Position numbers and translations under genes: made by a program
The notes under the pieces: model-generated
Databases searched by the model: none
What the model was told of the DNA's origin: nothing
What the model saw: only the letters and a program-made list of their open reading frames with translations
Shown here: positions 55,100 to 63,862 of the stretch, piece after piece
How the letters are laid out: each line of letters starts with the position of its first letter
Numbering within the stretch: position 1 is the stretch's first letter
Source of the DNA: Pedosphaera sp.
Lineage (GTDB): Bacteria > Verrucomicrobiota > Verrucomicrobiia > Limisphaerales > SIBH01
Length of the DNA stretch: 64,000 bases
Assembly (NCBI GenBank): GCA_031414955.1
Contig: JANOQV010000149.1
Span: 8,979-72,978, forward strand
Reading direction: 5' to 3'

Positions 55100-56503
55100 T
55101 CAACGGATTCGCGGCAAACTCGCCGCCGCCACCGCCTGGCCGTGGCGCTTGTCCTTCTCGTCCGGCGTGTGGAAGGCGACGCGGCCCGCCAGGTCTGGAA
55201 ATTCCGCGGCCAAAACTTCCTTGGCTCCGTCGAGAATGACGCTGCCGCCCTCGCCGCTCGTCACGCGCCCGAGGATGAGCACATGATCGAAGTCATAGAA
55301 GTCCCCGAAGTGCGCGATGCTGTAGCCGAGATAGGTGCCGATGGTCTGGTAAATCTTCCGCGCCCGTTCGTCGCCTTGCGCCATCAGTGCTTGAACATGC
55401 TTGAGCTTCTCCGGCAAAGGCAGCTTCGCGTCCACTTCGATGCCGGCGGCAGGCATGAGCCGTCCGACGGCCTGCTGCGAAAAGTATTGCGCGCCCACGC
55501 CATGGTCGCCGCTCCACTCATCGCGTGGCGCGGCGGGATGGTAATCGACCGGCACAAAGGCGAGTTCGTTGAGCCATGAGGTGATGTTCCCTTCGCGTGT
55601 TACGTAACCAGAGGCCAGGCTGGTGCCGAAGGCCAGCCCGAGCACGGCATTCGCGCCCAGTGACATCGAGCCGGCCAGCGCCGTCACCTCGCCGTCGTTC
55701 ACCACCTCGATCGGCACGCCGCCCATCGCGCGCTGCACTTCGAAGAACATGTCTTTTACCCGCTGGTTAAAAGCCTCCGGCGCGACTCCCCGGAAGAGCG
55801 ACGCGACCTTCACCCGGTTGTTCACGTAACAGCCCGCCGCGCTGCCGCCAATGGCATCGACGCGTGGCAGATGCGCCGCCGCCTTGCGCAGCGAATCCAT
55901 GATGCCGTCGAAGTGATATTGCGGATCGGGGTGGAAGTATGGGTCCCAGACTGTCTCCTCACTGAAGACGACCTGGCCGTCGATCACGGCGGCGACTTTG
56001 CGATCACTGCCGCCGAGATCGAAGCCGATACGGCAGCCATCCAGGTGGCGACCGAGCGGCGTGGTGGCGGAACGCACCGGCGGCAGTGCGCGCGCGTCCA
56101 CGACTTCAATCGCCCGGTCGAAAATCTTTTCGCCGATGATGTGGGAGTCAAACTTGCCGGTGACCGTCTCGCGGAAGTGCTTTTGCAACTGCGCGGCGAG
56201 AGTGGGTGAACCTTGGACATGGATGCGCCCGCCGCCCCAACCCCAGAGCATGAACTTCACGAGCCGTTCGACATGGAGAAAGTTCCCCGCCGCACCCGCC
56301 GCGCCCCCGGCAAAAACTTCGGTGGCATGGTGGAACACGGAGCCATCGGCCTGCTCAATGGCCAGACCAAGAGGCACGCCAGAGCCGGAAGCATGGACGG
56401 CCGCGCGAAAGGTGCGCACGGCCAGCGCGGCGGGACGGAATTGAGGATCGAGCACTGGCTGGAGGCGTGGCGCGATCAGAGGCAGACCTTGATTCAAATT
56501 CAT
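55100..56503 (-). CDS. ROK family protein with an N-terminal extension
   Basis: IGFDLGGSD, VVNDG..ALAG, GLAFGTS..SG, NELAF, ILGRV. Confidence 0.85.
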   Translation of the reverse strand: MNLNQGLPLIAPRLQPVLDPQFRPAALAVRTFRAAVHASGSGVPLGLAIEQADGSVFHHATEVFAGGAAGAAGNFLHVERLVKFMLWGWGGGRIHVQGSPTLAAQLQKHFRETVTGKFDSHIIGEKIFDRAIEVVDARALPPVRSATTPLGRHLDGCRIGFDLGGSDRKVAAVIDGQVVFSEETVWDPYFHPDPQYHFDGIMDSLRKAAAHLPRVDAIGGSAAGCYVNNRVKVASLFRGVAPEAFNQRVKDMFFEVQRAMGGVPIEVVNDGEVTALAGSMSLGANAVLGLAFGTSLASGYVTREGNITSWLNELAFVPVDYHPAAPRDEWSGDHGVGAQYFSQQAVGRLMPAAGIEVDAKLPLPEKLKHVQALMAQGDERARKIYQTIGTYLGYSIAHFGDFYDFDHVLILGRVTSGEGGSVILDGAKEVLAAEFPDLAGRVAFHTPDEKDKRHGQAVAAASLPRIR

Positions 56504-56580
56504 GGTGACGACGCTATTTCGCGTCATGGCGGGGCCGGAGGGAAACAGAAAATTTCACCCGAGCTTGGTCCCGAGGGCGG

Positions 56581-58101
56581 TCATTTCGCGGCGGTCGGCC
56601 ACCAGAACAGCCGCCAGCGACTCTCGGCCGGGGTGGAGGAATGTTGGATCAGCCCAAAGCACACCGAAGTCTGGTTCGTGCCGGTTTCGGTTTCGCGGCG
56701 ATAGAGGTTCCAGAGCAAGGACTGGCTGCGCGCGCCGGTGGCCGCGTTTTTCTCGTCGCGCCAGAGGGACCAGACCGGAGACCAGTTGCGCTCGATGCTT
56801 TTGTTGCTGGGGATGATCGGCTCCAAGAGCGCGAGGATTTGCAGCCGCTCGTTGCCATTGTGGTCGTGGCGATGGGTGAAGAGCGGCCAGAAATCGCGGC
56901 GGCGCAGCGCCGTGCCGGCTTCGGTGTTGCGCTCGATCATGTCCGAGTAGAGGAACAGGAGAATGCGCATCCGGTCGCGGTCGAGCGGGTCGGCGTGGAC
57001 GCGGTTGTATTTGTAGACCGGCCAGAGGTACCAGGTGCTCTCCAGGAACTCATTGGTGGCACGGCTGTAGAAAGGCCAGACGCGAGTGGTTTTGGCCGCC
57101 TCGCCCCGACGGAAGACGATGAGCGGCCAGGGCGCGCCGATCTCGTCGTACTTCCTGACCCGGTCGTGGGTGACGCTGAAACCAAGGAAGGCCGGCACGC
57201 TGGTTGAGTCGCGCAGGGGCGAGCGGGTGAAGCTGTAGAGCGGGAGGATGGCCTGGGTGTGGTCTTCGTTGGTGGAGCCGAGGCCAGAGTGCTGATCAAG
57301 GAAGAAGGGCCAGAGAAAAAACTTCCGGTCGTGGCCCGGCACGGGAATCAGATCGTCCCAAGTGTTCGTCCGCACCGTCGGCACCTTGTGCTCATGCCCG
57401 ATGAGCGGCAGGAATTGCCAGCCGCGCAGGCCGTCGCCCCGGCGCAAATGGAAGAAAGGGAACAGGAAGTTGTCCGTGACGATGTCGCGCTTCTTCGACT
57501 GCACGTAGAGCGGCATCATCACGAAGAATACCTCGTCCCGAAAGAGGCGGTTTTTCGAGCGGCCATAGATGGGCAGCAGCCAGGTGTAATTCTCTGAGTC
57601 GTCTTCGGAACGTTGCTGGAGGTAGAGGGGAAAGAGGGAGAACCGGTGCTTGTTGGTCTCGTTTTCCACCTTCCCGCCCGCGAAGTTAAACACTTGGAAA
57701 ATCTGGAACCGATACTCCGCACCAAAGCGATCGTAGGTGAGGAGAGGATATAGAATATCAAACTCAGTCGAATCAACCCCGGCATCGTGGGTTCTGGACA
57801 TGAACGGAGGAAAAGCCCACTGGGAAATCTCGCCGCGCTGCTCGCGGTAAAAGGCCGGCCCGGCGATCTCGGTGCGTGTCCCCTGATCCAGGGTCAGGCG
57901 AAATTCGCCAAAGGCCGGGCCGGCCACCACTTGGGCCTGGGCGGCCCGCCCTTCTCCCCAGAGCACTGTGCCCAGCAGCAAGGCGCGCAAGGCCCGGAGC
58001 AGACCGCCGCGCGTCTGCGGCTTCGGGAGCGGCAGCCCGGTTTCGAGTTCGCCCCCATTCAGCCGCCGGTTTGACATTGGGATCTTTGTTGCTACTTTCA
58101 T
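56581..58101 (-). CDS. exported aromatic-rich repeat protein, possibly outer-membrane
   Basis: signal-like segment ending AQA; many (F/L)(F/W/L)P(L/F)(Y/F) repeats; ATGA overlap with the MMPL gene. Confidence 0.7.
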   Translation of the reverse strand: MKVATKIPMSNRRLNGGELETGLPLPKPQTRGGLLRALRALLLGTVLWGEGRAAQAQVVAGPAFGEFRLTLDQGTRTEIAGPAFYREQRGEISQWAFPPFMSRTHDAGVDSTEFDILYPLLTYDRFGAEYRFQIFQVFNFAGGKVENETNKHRFSLFPLYLQQRSEDDSENYTWLLPIYGRSKNRLFRDEVFFVMMPLYVQSKKRDIVTDNFLFPFFHLRRGDGLRGWQFLPLIGHEHKVPTVRTNTWDDLIPVPGHDRKFFLWPFFLDQHSGLGSTNEDHTQAILPLYSFTRSPLRDSTSVPAFLGFSVTHDRVRKYDEIGAPWPLIVFRRGEAAKTTRVWPFYSRATNEFLESTWYLWPVYKYNRVHADPLDRDRMRILLFLYSDMIERNTEAGTALRRRDFWPLFTHRHDHNGNERLQILALLEPIIPSNKSIERNWSPVWSLWRDEKNAATGARSQSLLWNLYRRETETGTNQTSVCFGLIQHSSTPAESRWRLFWWPTAAK

Positions 58102-60998
58102 CTCACAGTCGAGGTTTTAACCTCGGTTCCTCCCGACCCAGCGGAAGATTGTGCGTTATCTCCGCTGGGTCTTTTTATGGACCAACCCCGTTCGCTCAAA
58201 AGATTCAAAATGGCCGGCAACGCCGTCAGGCCGGCGAACATGCAAGTGGCCGTGCCGATGGCCATCACGAAACCCAAACTCGAAATCCCGCGATGCTGGG
58301 CAATCATCAGGCTCCCGAACCCGGCGATGGTGGTCAACCCGGACACGAGCACGGCCTTGCCGGTGCTGCGGGCGAGCAGGCTGGGGTGCTGCTCCTCGGC
58401 AAAGCGGTTGAGGATGTGAATGCCGTTAGTCACGCCGATTCCGATGATGAGCGGCAGAGTCATGATGTTGGCCGGGTTGAAAGGCACCTCGAAGAGGCCC
58501 ATGAACCCGACCATCCACAGCGCGCCGATACTGACGGGCAGGAGGGAAAAAAACACACAGGCGAAGCTGCGGAAATGGAGGAAGACCAGCAGCGCAATGG
58601 CCAGCAGCGCGTATCCGGCGGCCTGTTGATAACTGGATTTCAGGAGCGTGGTGTATTCGTAGAGCTGCACGGGCGTGCCAGTCACGTTGGGATCGACGCT
58701 GCGCAACTGGGCCACGAATTCCTTCTGGTTATCGCGCTTCCACACATCTTTTTTCGGATAGACCTGCACGAGGTATTTGCCGGTCGCACCGAGGAACCGT
58801 TTGCGAATGGCCTCCGGCAGGTCCGCCACCGAGAGCCGGGCCCGATCGTCCTGGGTGCGGATGGTGTTGAACGTGTCGCGCACATCGCGGAAGAGCGCCT
58901 GTTGAAAGGCGGCCAGCTTGAGCGCGGTCTCATTGGAAGGATTCACCAGCAACTGAAGGCGCAGTTTCGAGATCGTGTCGCGCAACGAGACCAGTTGGCT
59001 CTGGAGGTTGGTCAGCGAGGTGAGTTGGACCGCGAGCGGAGCGTTGGTCGCGAGCGCGGCCGGGGCGGGAGTTTCCAACCTGGCGTTCCCCGGCGGCAGT
59101 TGCTTCCGCAAAGAAATGATTTCCTTGTCCACTTCCCCCAGCGCAAGCCTCGTGTAGCCGGAGAGGGCAAAGAGCGTGACCGCGAAATCCTTGATCAGGA
59201 CGGGTGATTTGTCCTCCGGCACGAAACGCACCTCGGCGACCTCGCGCTTGATTTGGGTCACGATGGCGAGCTTCTTCGCCTGATCCTCCGTCAGGTAAAG
59301 CGCCATGTCGTCAATGCCCGCGAGGTCCACGGAGGCGACCGAGGACAGATCGGTCAGCCGGGCTTCCAGCCGGACTGCTTCTTCGAGCGAACCGGCCACG
59401 ATGGCTCCGTAAAGCACGGACTTGTTCGCGGAATTGATCAGCTTCTCCCCAAAGATGACCGCCGGCAGACCGTGGCTCTGCATCTCCAGCAAGTTGTAGT
59501 CGAAATACACCTTGCGCGCCGGGATCAGCGCCGCGACACAGATCGCCACCGTGAGGGCGAGGACGCGACGCGGGCGCGACAGCCAGAGTCGCTCGATGGC
59601 CTCCCGCCGCTCCAGTTTCGCGCCGAGCTCGTGGTCGATGACGTTCTGCCGACCGCGCAGCAGCATCACGGGCAACATCGTCATCATGGGCACGAGACAG
59701 ATGATCAGGCCGCCGCCGCAGATGATGCCCATCTCCTGGATGCCCTTGAAGTCCGTCGCGGCCATGGCCAGGAACGCCCCCGCCGTCGTGAGCGCACCGG
59801 TGATCACGCCCATGCCCGTAAAGACCACCGCCTTGCGCAGCGCCTCCTCGTTGCTGCGCCCGTGGCGGATTTCCTCCTCGTAGCGTGAAATCAGATGCAC
59901 GCCGAAGTCGATGGCCAGGCCGACGAGGATCGGCGCGAAGGTGACGGTGAGAATGTTCAGATGGCCGATGACCGCCGTGGTGAAGGCCATGGTGTAACCC
60001 AGGCCGACGATGAGCGCGATGTTGGCTTTGATGGGTCGTCCGGTCTCGTGGTAGCCAAAAATAAAAATGATCGCCACCAGCACCAGCGCGATGACGGTCG
60101 CTTTGGTGGTGTCCGCAGTGGACTGCTCCATCTCGTCCAGTTCAAGAATTGGTTCACCGGTGATACCCACGTTCAGCCCCGGCACCTCGGCCTGGGTCTG
60201 CGCGACCAGTTCGCGCAAACGGGGCACGGCTTGTTCATTAAGATTATCCCGGGCGGCCCGGGCGGTGACCAGGTAGAGCCGGCCCTGGGCAAACGTGATG
60301 TAAATCTTGCCCTCGGCCTCATCGCCGCCCCCGAACAAGGCATTAATCCCAGGCGTGGGTGGCACGCCCTGGCGCTCCAGGCTGGCGCTCCCTTGCGCCA
60401 GGATGCGATCCAGCGCGGGCAACGCCTTGATCAACGCCTCGATTTCCGGTGAAGCCTCCTGACCCTGCTGGCTGATCTGCTTCCTGAACTCCTGATTGAT
60501 GAGGTTGAAAAGCGATAACAGGCTGTTGGCCTTGCTGAACTGCTCGAGAAAGGGCCGGTAGTCACGCAGCGTCTGGCGCAGTTCGCCGAGGTCATCTTCC
60601 GGCACGAAGAGCAGCGCCTTGGGCCCGAGCATTTTCAAGTCGCCCTTCCAGACGACATCCATGAACAGGTTCGTCTCGGCCTCCAGCTTGGCTCCAAGTC
60701 GTTCCACAAACTGGCGGTTCTTTTCCTGGTTCTCGCTCTCGACCACGACCACGAGTTCGTCCGGGAGCGGAAATTCCTTTTTGAACTGGAGGAAATTCTG
60801 GTGGTACTTCTTGTCCCCGCCGACCAGGTTGTCGCGGCTCGAATCGAACTGGAGCTTCCAGGGAGAAAAGGCCGTGAACCAGACGCAGAAAACGAACAGA
60901 ATGATCTGCGGGTAGAAGAACCAGCGCGGGTAACGCATGATCGCGTCCACCATCCGGTTCAAAAGCCGCGGACCCAAATGTTCCCAGCGCGAAGCCAT
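58098..60998 (-). CDS. MMPL/RND family transporter, HpnN-like
   Basis: two large periplasmic loops; GITGEP, GLAIDFGVH, GIGVTNGIH, TTIAGFGSL. Confidence 0.9.
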   Translation of the reverse strand: MASRWEHLGPRLLNRMVDAIMRYPRWFFYPQIILFVFCVWFTAFSPWKLQFDSSRDNLVGGDKKYHQNFLQFKKEFPLPDELVVVVESENQEKNRQFVERLGAKLEAETNLFMDVVWKGDLKMLGPKALLFVPEDDLGELRQTLRDYRPFLEQFSKANSLLSLFNLINQEFRKQISQQGQEASPEIEALIKALPALDRILAQGSASLERQGVPPTPGINALFGGGDEAEGKIYITFAQGRLYLVTARAARDNLNEQAVPRLRELVAQTQAEVPGLNVGITGEPILELDEMEQSTADTTKATVIALVLVAIIFIFGYHETGRPIKANIALIVGLGYTMAFTTAVIGHLNILTVTFAPILVGLAIDFGVHLISRYEEEIRHGRSNEEALRKAVVFTGMGVITGALTTAGAFLAMAATDFKGIQEMGIICGGGLIICLVPMMTMLPVMLLRGRQNVIDHELGAKLERREAIERLWLSRPRRVLALTVAICVAALIPARKVYFDYNLLEMQSHGLPAVIFGEKLINSANKSVLYGAIVAGSLEEAVRLEARLTDLSSVASVDLAGIDDMALYLTEDQAKKLAIVTQIKREVAEVRFVPEDKSPVLIKDFAVTLFALSGYTRLALGEVDKEIISLRKQLPPGNARLETPAPAALATNAPLAVQLTSLTNLQSQLVSLRDTISKLRLQLLVNPSNETALKLAAFQQALFRDVRDTFNTIRTQDDRARLSVADLPEAIRKRFLGATGKYLVQVYPKKDVWKRDNQKEFVAQLRSVDPNVTGTPVQLYEYTTLLKSSYQQAAGYALLAIALLVFLHFRSFACVFFSLLPVSIGALWMVGFMGLFEVPFNPANIMTLPLIIGIGVTNGIHILNRFAEEQHPSLLARSTGKAVLVSGLTTIAGFGSLMIAQHRGISSLGFVMAIGTATCMFAGLTALPAILNLLSERGWSIKRPSGDNAQSSAGSGGTEVKTSTVR

Positions 60999-61014
60999 TA
61001 TGTGATGCGGCGAC

Positions 61015-61179
61015 TCATCGCACCGCCGCCTGTTCCTGAAGTTCCGCGTTCGAGTAAACTTCCTTCACGCCGTCATGCCCCTCCAGCGCTTCGATCAGCT
61101 TGGAAAAAGTCCGGCCGCGCCTTGCCTCGAGGCCGCCCTTGAAGTGCTTCACCTTCGCCCATCTGCTGTGTCCGGCCAT
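61015..61179 (-). pseudogene. yebC: internally deleted, in-frame yebC/pmpR remnant (54 aa)
   Basis: MAGHSRWAKVKHFKGGLEARRGRTFSKL (YebC N-terminus) fused to IEALEGHDGVKEVYSNAE (YebC C-terminus). Confidence 0.85.
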
Positions 61180-61277
61180 GTGTCGTTCGAATTAGGATTT
61201 AAGAATTAACATTAGAGAGTTGCAGCGTCCCGTTCCGACTTCTGCCTTCTGCATTCCTCCTTCTGCCTTCCCCGCCT

Positions 61278-61616
61278 TCACCCCTCCGCCACCACCGTCA
61301 CCGCCGTGCCGTAACACAGCACCTCGGTGATGCCCGCCCCGATCTCGGTCGCGTCGTAACGCACGCCGATCACGGCGTTGGCCCCGAGCTGGCCGGCGTG
61401 AGTCAACATCTGCTGAAAGGCGTCGTCCCGCGCCTGTTCACAAAGACTCGTGTAGAGGGTGATGTTCCCGCCAAACAGACTCTGAATGCTCGCACCGATA
61501 TTTCCAATGATGGAGCGCGACCGCACGATGATGCCTCGCACGACTCCGTGCGATTTGGTGAGGCGATACCCCGGCATTTCAAAGGCCGTGCTGGTCAGCG
61601 GATGCGTCTGGCTCAT
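61278..61616 (-). CDS. YbjQ/UPF0145 family protein
   Basis: [33 protein letters not shown]. Confidence 0.92.
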   Translation of the reverse strand: MSQTHPLTSTAFEMPGYRLTKSHGVVRGIIVRSRSIIGNIGASIQSLFGGNITLYTSLCEQARDDAFQQMLTHAGQLGANAVIGVRYDATEIGAGITEVLCYGTAVTVVAEG

Positions 61617-61824
61617 GCGAACAGTTGAACACGGCACCGGAAGCGGGCAGAAGCGAAAAATGTTTCGTGGCGCGCGCAGGGCTCACCTGGTTGGGCCAGA
61701 ACAATCATCGCGACGCTGGCCGGCCGGGGCAGGCTCCCAAGCTGACTTTCAAACTGGCACCAACCAGTCGCGCCCATGGGAGGGACGGTTGAAACCGTTC
61801 CCGTTTGTGGATTAAGCTCTGGCC

Positions 61825-62016
61825 ATGAGCATCATGGAATCGGAACCCCGCCCGGAATCTGGGCCCGGTCAGCCGACGGCGGCTTCGGCCCCGGAGCAGC
61901 ACGGCCCCACCCCGGACGCGCCGCCCACCGCCGCCTCACCGTTGACGCCCGAAGAGCAGATGGCGCGGTTTGAACAGGAACTCAAAGAAAACGACTGGGG
62001 GCATCAGCCATGTTAG
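61825..62016 (+). CDS. small protein ending ...FEQELKENDWGHQPC
   Basis: 63-aa ORF with TTGAAA-N18-TAAGCT-N6-ATG upstream. Confidence 0.65.
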   Translation: MSIMESEPRPESGPGQPTAASAPEQHGPTPDAPPTAASPLTPEEQMARFEQELKENDWGHQPC

Positions 62017-62065
62017 CAAACTGGACCAAAGCAATTCCCGGCTCCCTGGCTGATACGGCTGTGCC

Positions 62066-62301
62066 CGCTCACCAACGACCATGCACGGCCCGACAGCGCA
62101 GGCGCGAGTTCAGCACCAGCGCCAGTTCCGGCTCCGGCACGTTCGGTGTCGCAAGCGAGCGCAGATACGCGACGAGACAGCGCGCTCCAGCAACGGCGGG
62201 AGTTGCGTCACGCCCGCCGCAGTGAGGTCAGTAATCATCCCGTCGTCGGCAAAGAGGCCGATGTGGATCTGATTTTGGTTCAGGAAGCGGCAGAGTTTCA
62301 T
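62066..62301 (-). pseudogene. fumarylacetoacetate-hydrolase family remnant with a frameshift and internal deletions
   Basis: MKLCRF..IGL..DLT N-terminus; shifted frame gives NVPEPELALVLNSRL followed directly by AVGPCMVVGE. Confidence 0.7.
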
Positions 62302-62310
62302 GCGTTGGAA

Positions 62311-62880
62311 TCAGGTGGTCTTGGGTTTGAATTTTCCGGCGAGCACATCTTCAACTGGATCACTTAGCTGCAACTCGCGCGCCCAGTGACGCAGATAATC
62401 TGCATCCAGCTTGCCCTGCTGCACGGCGGCCACGCCCGCGATGTCGAGCCGCTGGCGTTCGGACGGAGTGATGCGATCCCAGTGGAGCTTGTGCAGGATG
62501 ACGTCCTCGGCGGTCGCCAGCCAGACTTCCCGCCCGAACATCGGCTGTGCGGTGCGCCGTCGAAACATTTCGCGCTCGAAGGGAACCGGCTTGAGCAGCC
62601 AGAAATCGATCTTCAGCGTGGAGCGCGAATCAATCGCGTTGAACTGGTGCGGTGGCTGGTAGGCGGACCGCACCATCGCCTCGTCGATGTAGAACTGGTC
62701 TCGAAACGCCTCCACCAAAGCGGGCACCTGCGAGGGCGGAAGCTGAATGACGAAATCCAAATCGTGCGTGGTGCGCGGAATCCCCCAGAAGTTGCTGGCC
62801 ATCGATCCTGTCACCATGTAGCTCACGTCGGCCCGGTCCAGCCGCGTGAGCGTGTCCAGCAGCAGCGTGTCTTGGTTCAC
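62311..62880 (-). CDS. nucleotidyltransferase, MenT1-like putative toxin
   Basis: YMVTGSMA..PRTTHDLDFV, KIDF, ATAEDVILHKL, RQRLDI. Confidence 0.75.
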   Translation of the reverse strand: MNQDTLLLDTLTRLDRADVSYMVTGSMASNFWGIPRTTHDLDFVIQLPPSQVPALVEAFRDQFYIDEAMVRSAYQPPHQFNAIDSRSTLKIDFWLLKPVPFEREMFRRRTAQPMFGREVWLATAEDVILHKLHWDRITPSERQRLDIAGVAAVQQGKLDADYLRHWARELQLSDPVEDVLAGKFKPKTT

Positions 62881-63080
62881 AGAGTGCGCGCCAGCGCCAG
62901 ACGTTCGCTCAACAACCGGTTCACCGCAGTTTCATCCGCTTCGGGATGCTGGCTACGGATGCCGGCCCGCGTGACTTCGCACGCCAGCTTGAACAAATCA
63001 AAACCGATCCGCACGCGCTCCTCGCCCGTCATCTGGCGATAACGCTCGATCTGCATTTGCGTGGCGGCTTCTGGACTCAC
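62877..63080 (-). CDS. small helical protein, MenA1-like putative antitoxin
   Basis: 67 aa, MTGEERVRIGFDL...GIRSQHPEADE; GTGA overlap with the NTase. Confidence 0.7.
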   Translation of the reverse strand: MSPEAATQMQIERYRQMTGEERVRIGFDLFKLACEVTRAGIRSQHPEADETAVNRLLSERLALARTL

Positions 63081-63086
63081 GGCGAA

Positions 63087-63172
63087 AATTTACCGGATGG
63101 AATTCGGACGGGCAATGACGAGTTCCTTGGGCAACTGTGCCGCTTGTTTTCCCGCCCTCTACATGTCAGGCT
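63087..63172. promoter_or_regulatory. back-to-back sigma70-like leaderless promoters of two TA operons
   Basis: minus strand TTGCCC-N17-TAAATT-N6-GTG (63115-63087); plus strand TTGTTT-N17-CAGGCT-N6-GTG (63144-63172). Confidence 0.55.
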
Positions 63173-63178
63173 GGCCCC

Positions 63179-63427
63179 GTGAAAACCATCACCCAGTTGG
63201 ACAAGACCCAGCGCCTCGTATTGACCAAGGAAATGCGCCTCCTCGCTGGCATCGTCACGGGCGAGAAATTGGAAGTCACGGTCAGGCCCGGCTCCATTCT
63301 TATTGCTCCGGCTCACCGCGCCAAAGGCCGGGTCGTGCGCAAGGGCAAGCTCAAGGTGTTTGATGGCGACATTCCCGACGTGGACCTGGCCGCAGCGGTG
63401 AACGCCGCCCGCCATTACACGCGATGA
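63179..63427 (+). CDS. AbrB/MazE-type antitoxin (VapB-like)
   Basis: TQLDKTQRLVLTKEMRLLAGIVTGEKLEVTVRPGSILIAP. Confidence 0.85.
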   Translation: MKTITQLDKTQRLVLTKEMRLLAGIVTGEKLEVTVRPGSILIAPAHRAKGRVVRKGKLKVFDGDIPDVDLAAAVNAARHYTR

Positions 63428-63812
63428 ACTTCCTCGATACGTCCGTGCTGGTGGCCCCGTGCTGGCCAAGCACCCCGCCCATTCCGCCTGCGCTCCGCTC
63501 CTTGCCGCCAACGACAGCGTGACGGATGCCCATTGTCTCGCCGAGTCCTACGCCGTGCTCACCGCCGCCTACAAGCTCCGCCCCACTGACGCCGCCGCGC
63601 TCCTGCTTGACCGCCCCAGCGCCATCGCCCGGCCCGTGCTTCTGGAAGATTACCGGGCCTGTCTGGAAAAGCCGGAGCACATTCAGGGCGGAGGCATCTA
63701 CGACGCGATTCACGCGGCGGTCGCGCGCCGGCTCCAAGTGGAAGTGCTCTACACCGGCAACGTCACCAACTTTGAACACCACGCCCCGGACCTCGACGTG
63801 CGCCGGCCGTAG
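63424..63812 (+). pseudogene. vapC: PIN-domain VapC toxin with a frameshift near codon 12
   Basis: MNFLDTSVLVA in one frame; VLAKHPAH...LAESYAVLT...IYDAIHAAVA...LYTGNVTNF in another. Confidence 0.8.
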
Positions 63813-63862
63813 CTGAGAAGGCCGATTGCATACGCCGGAATTTTTCGACCGTGAGCCAATCC

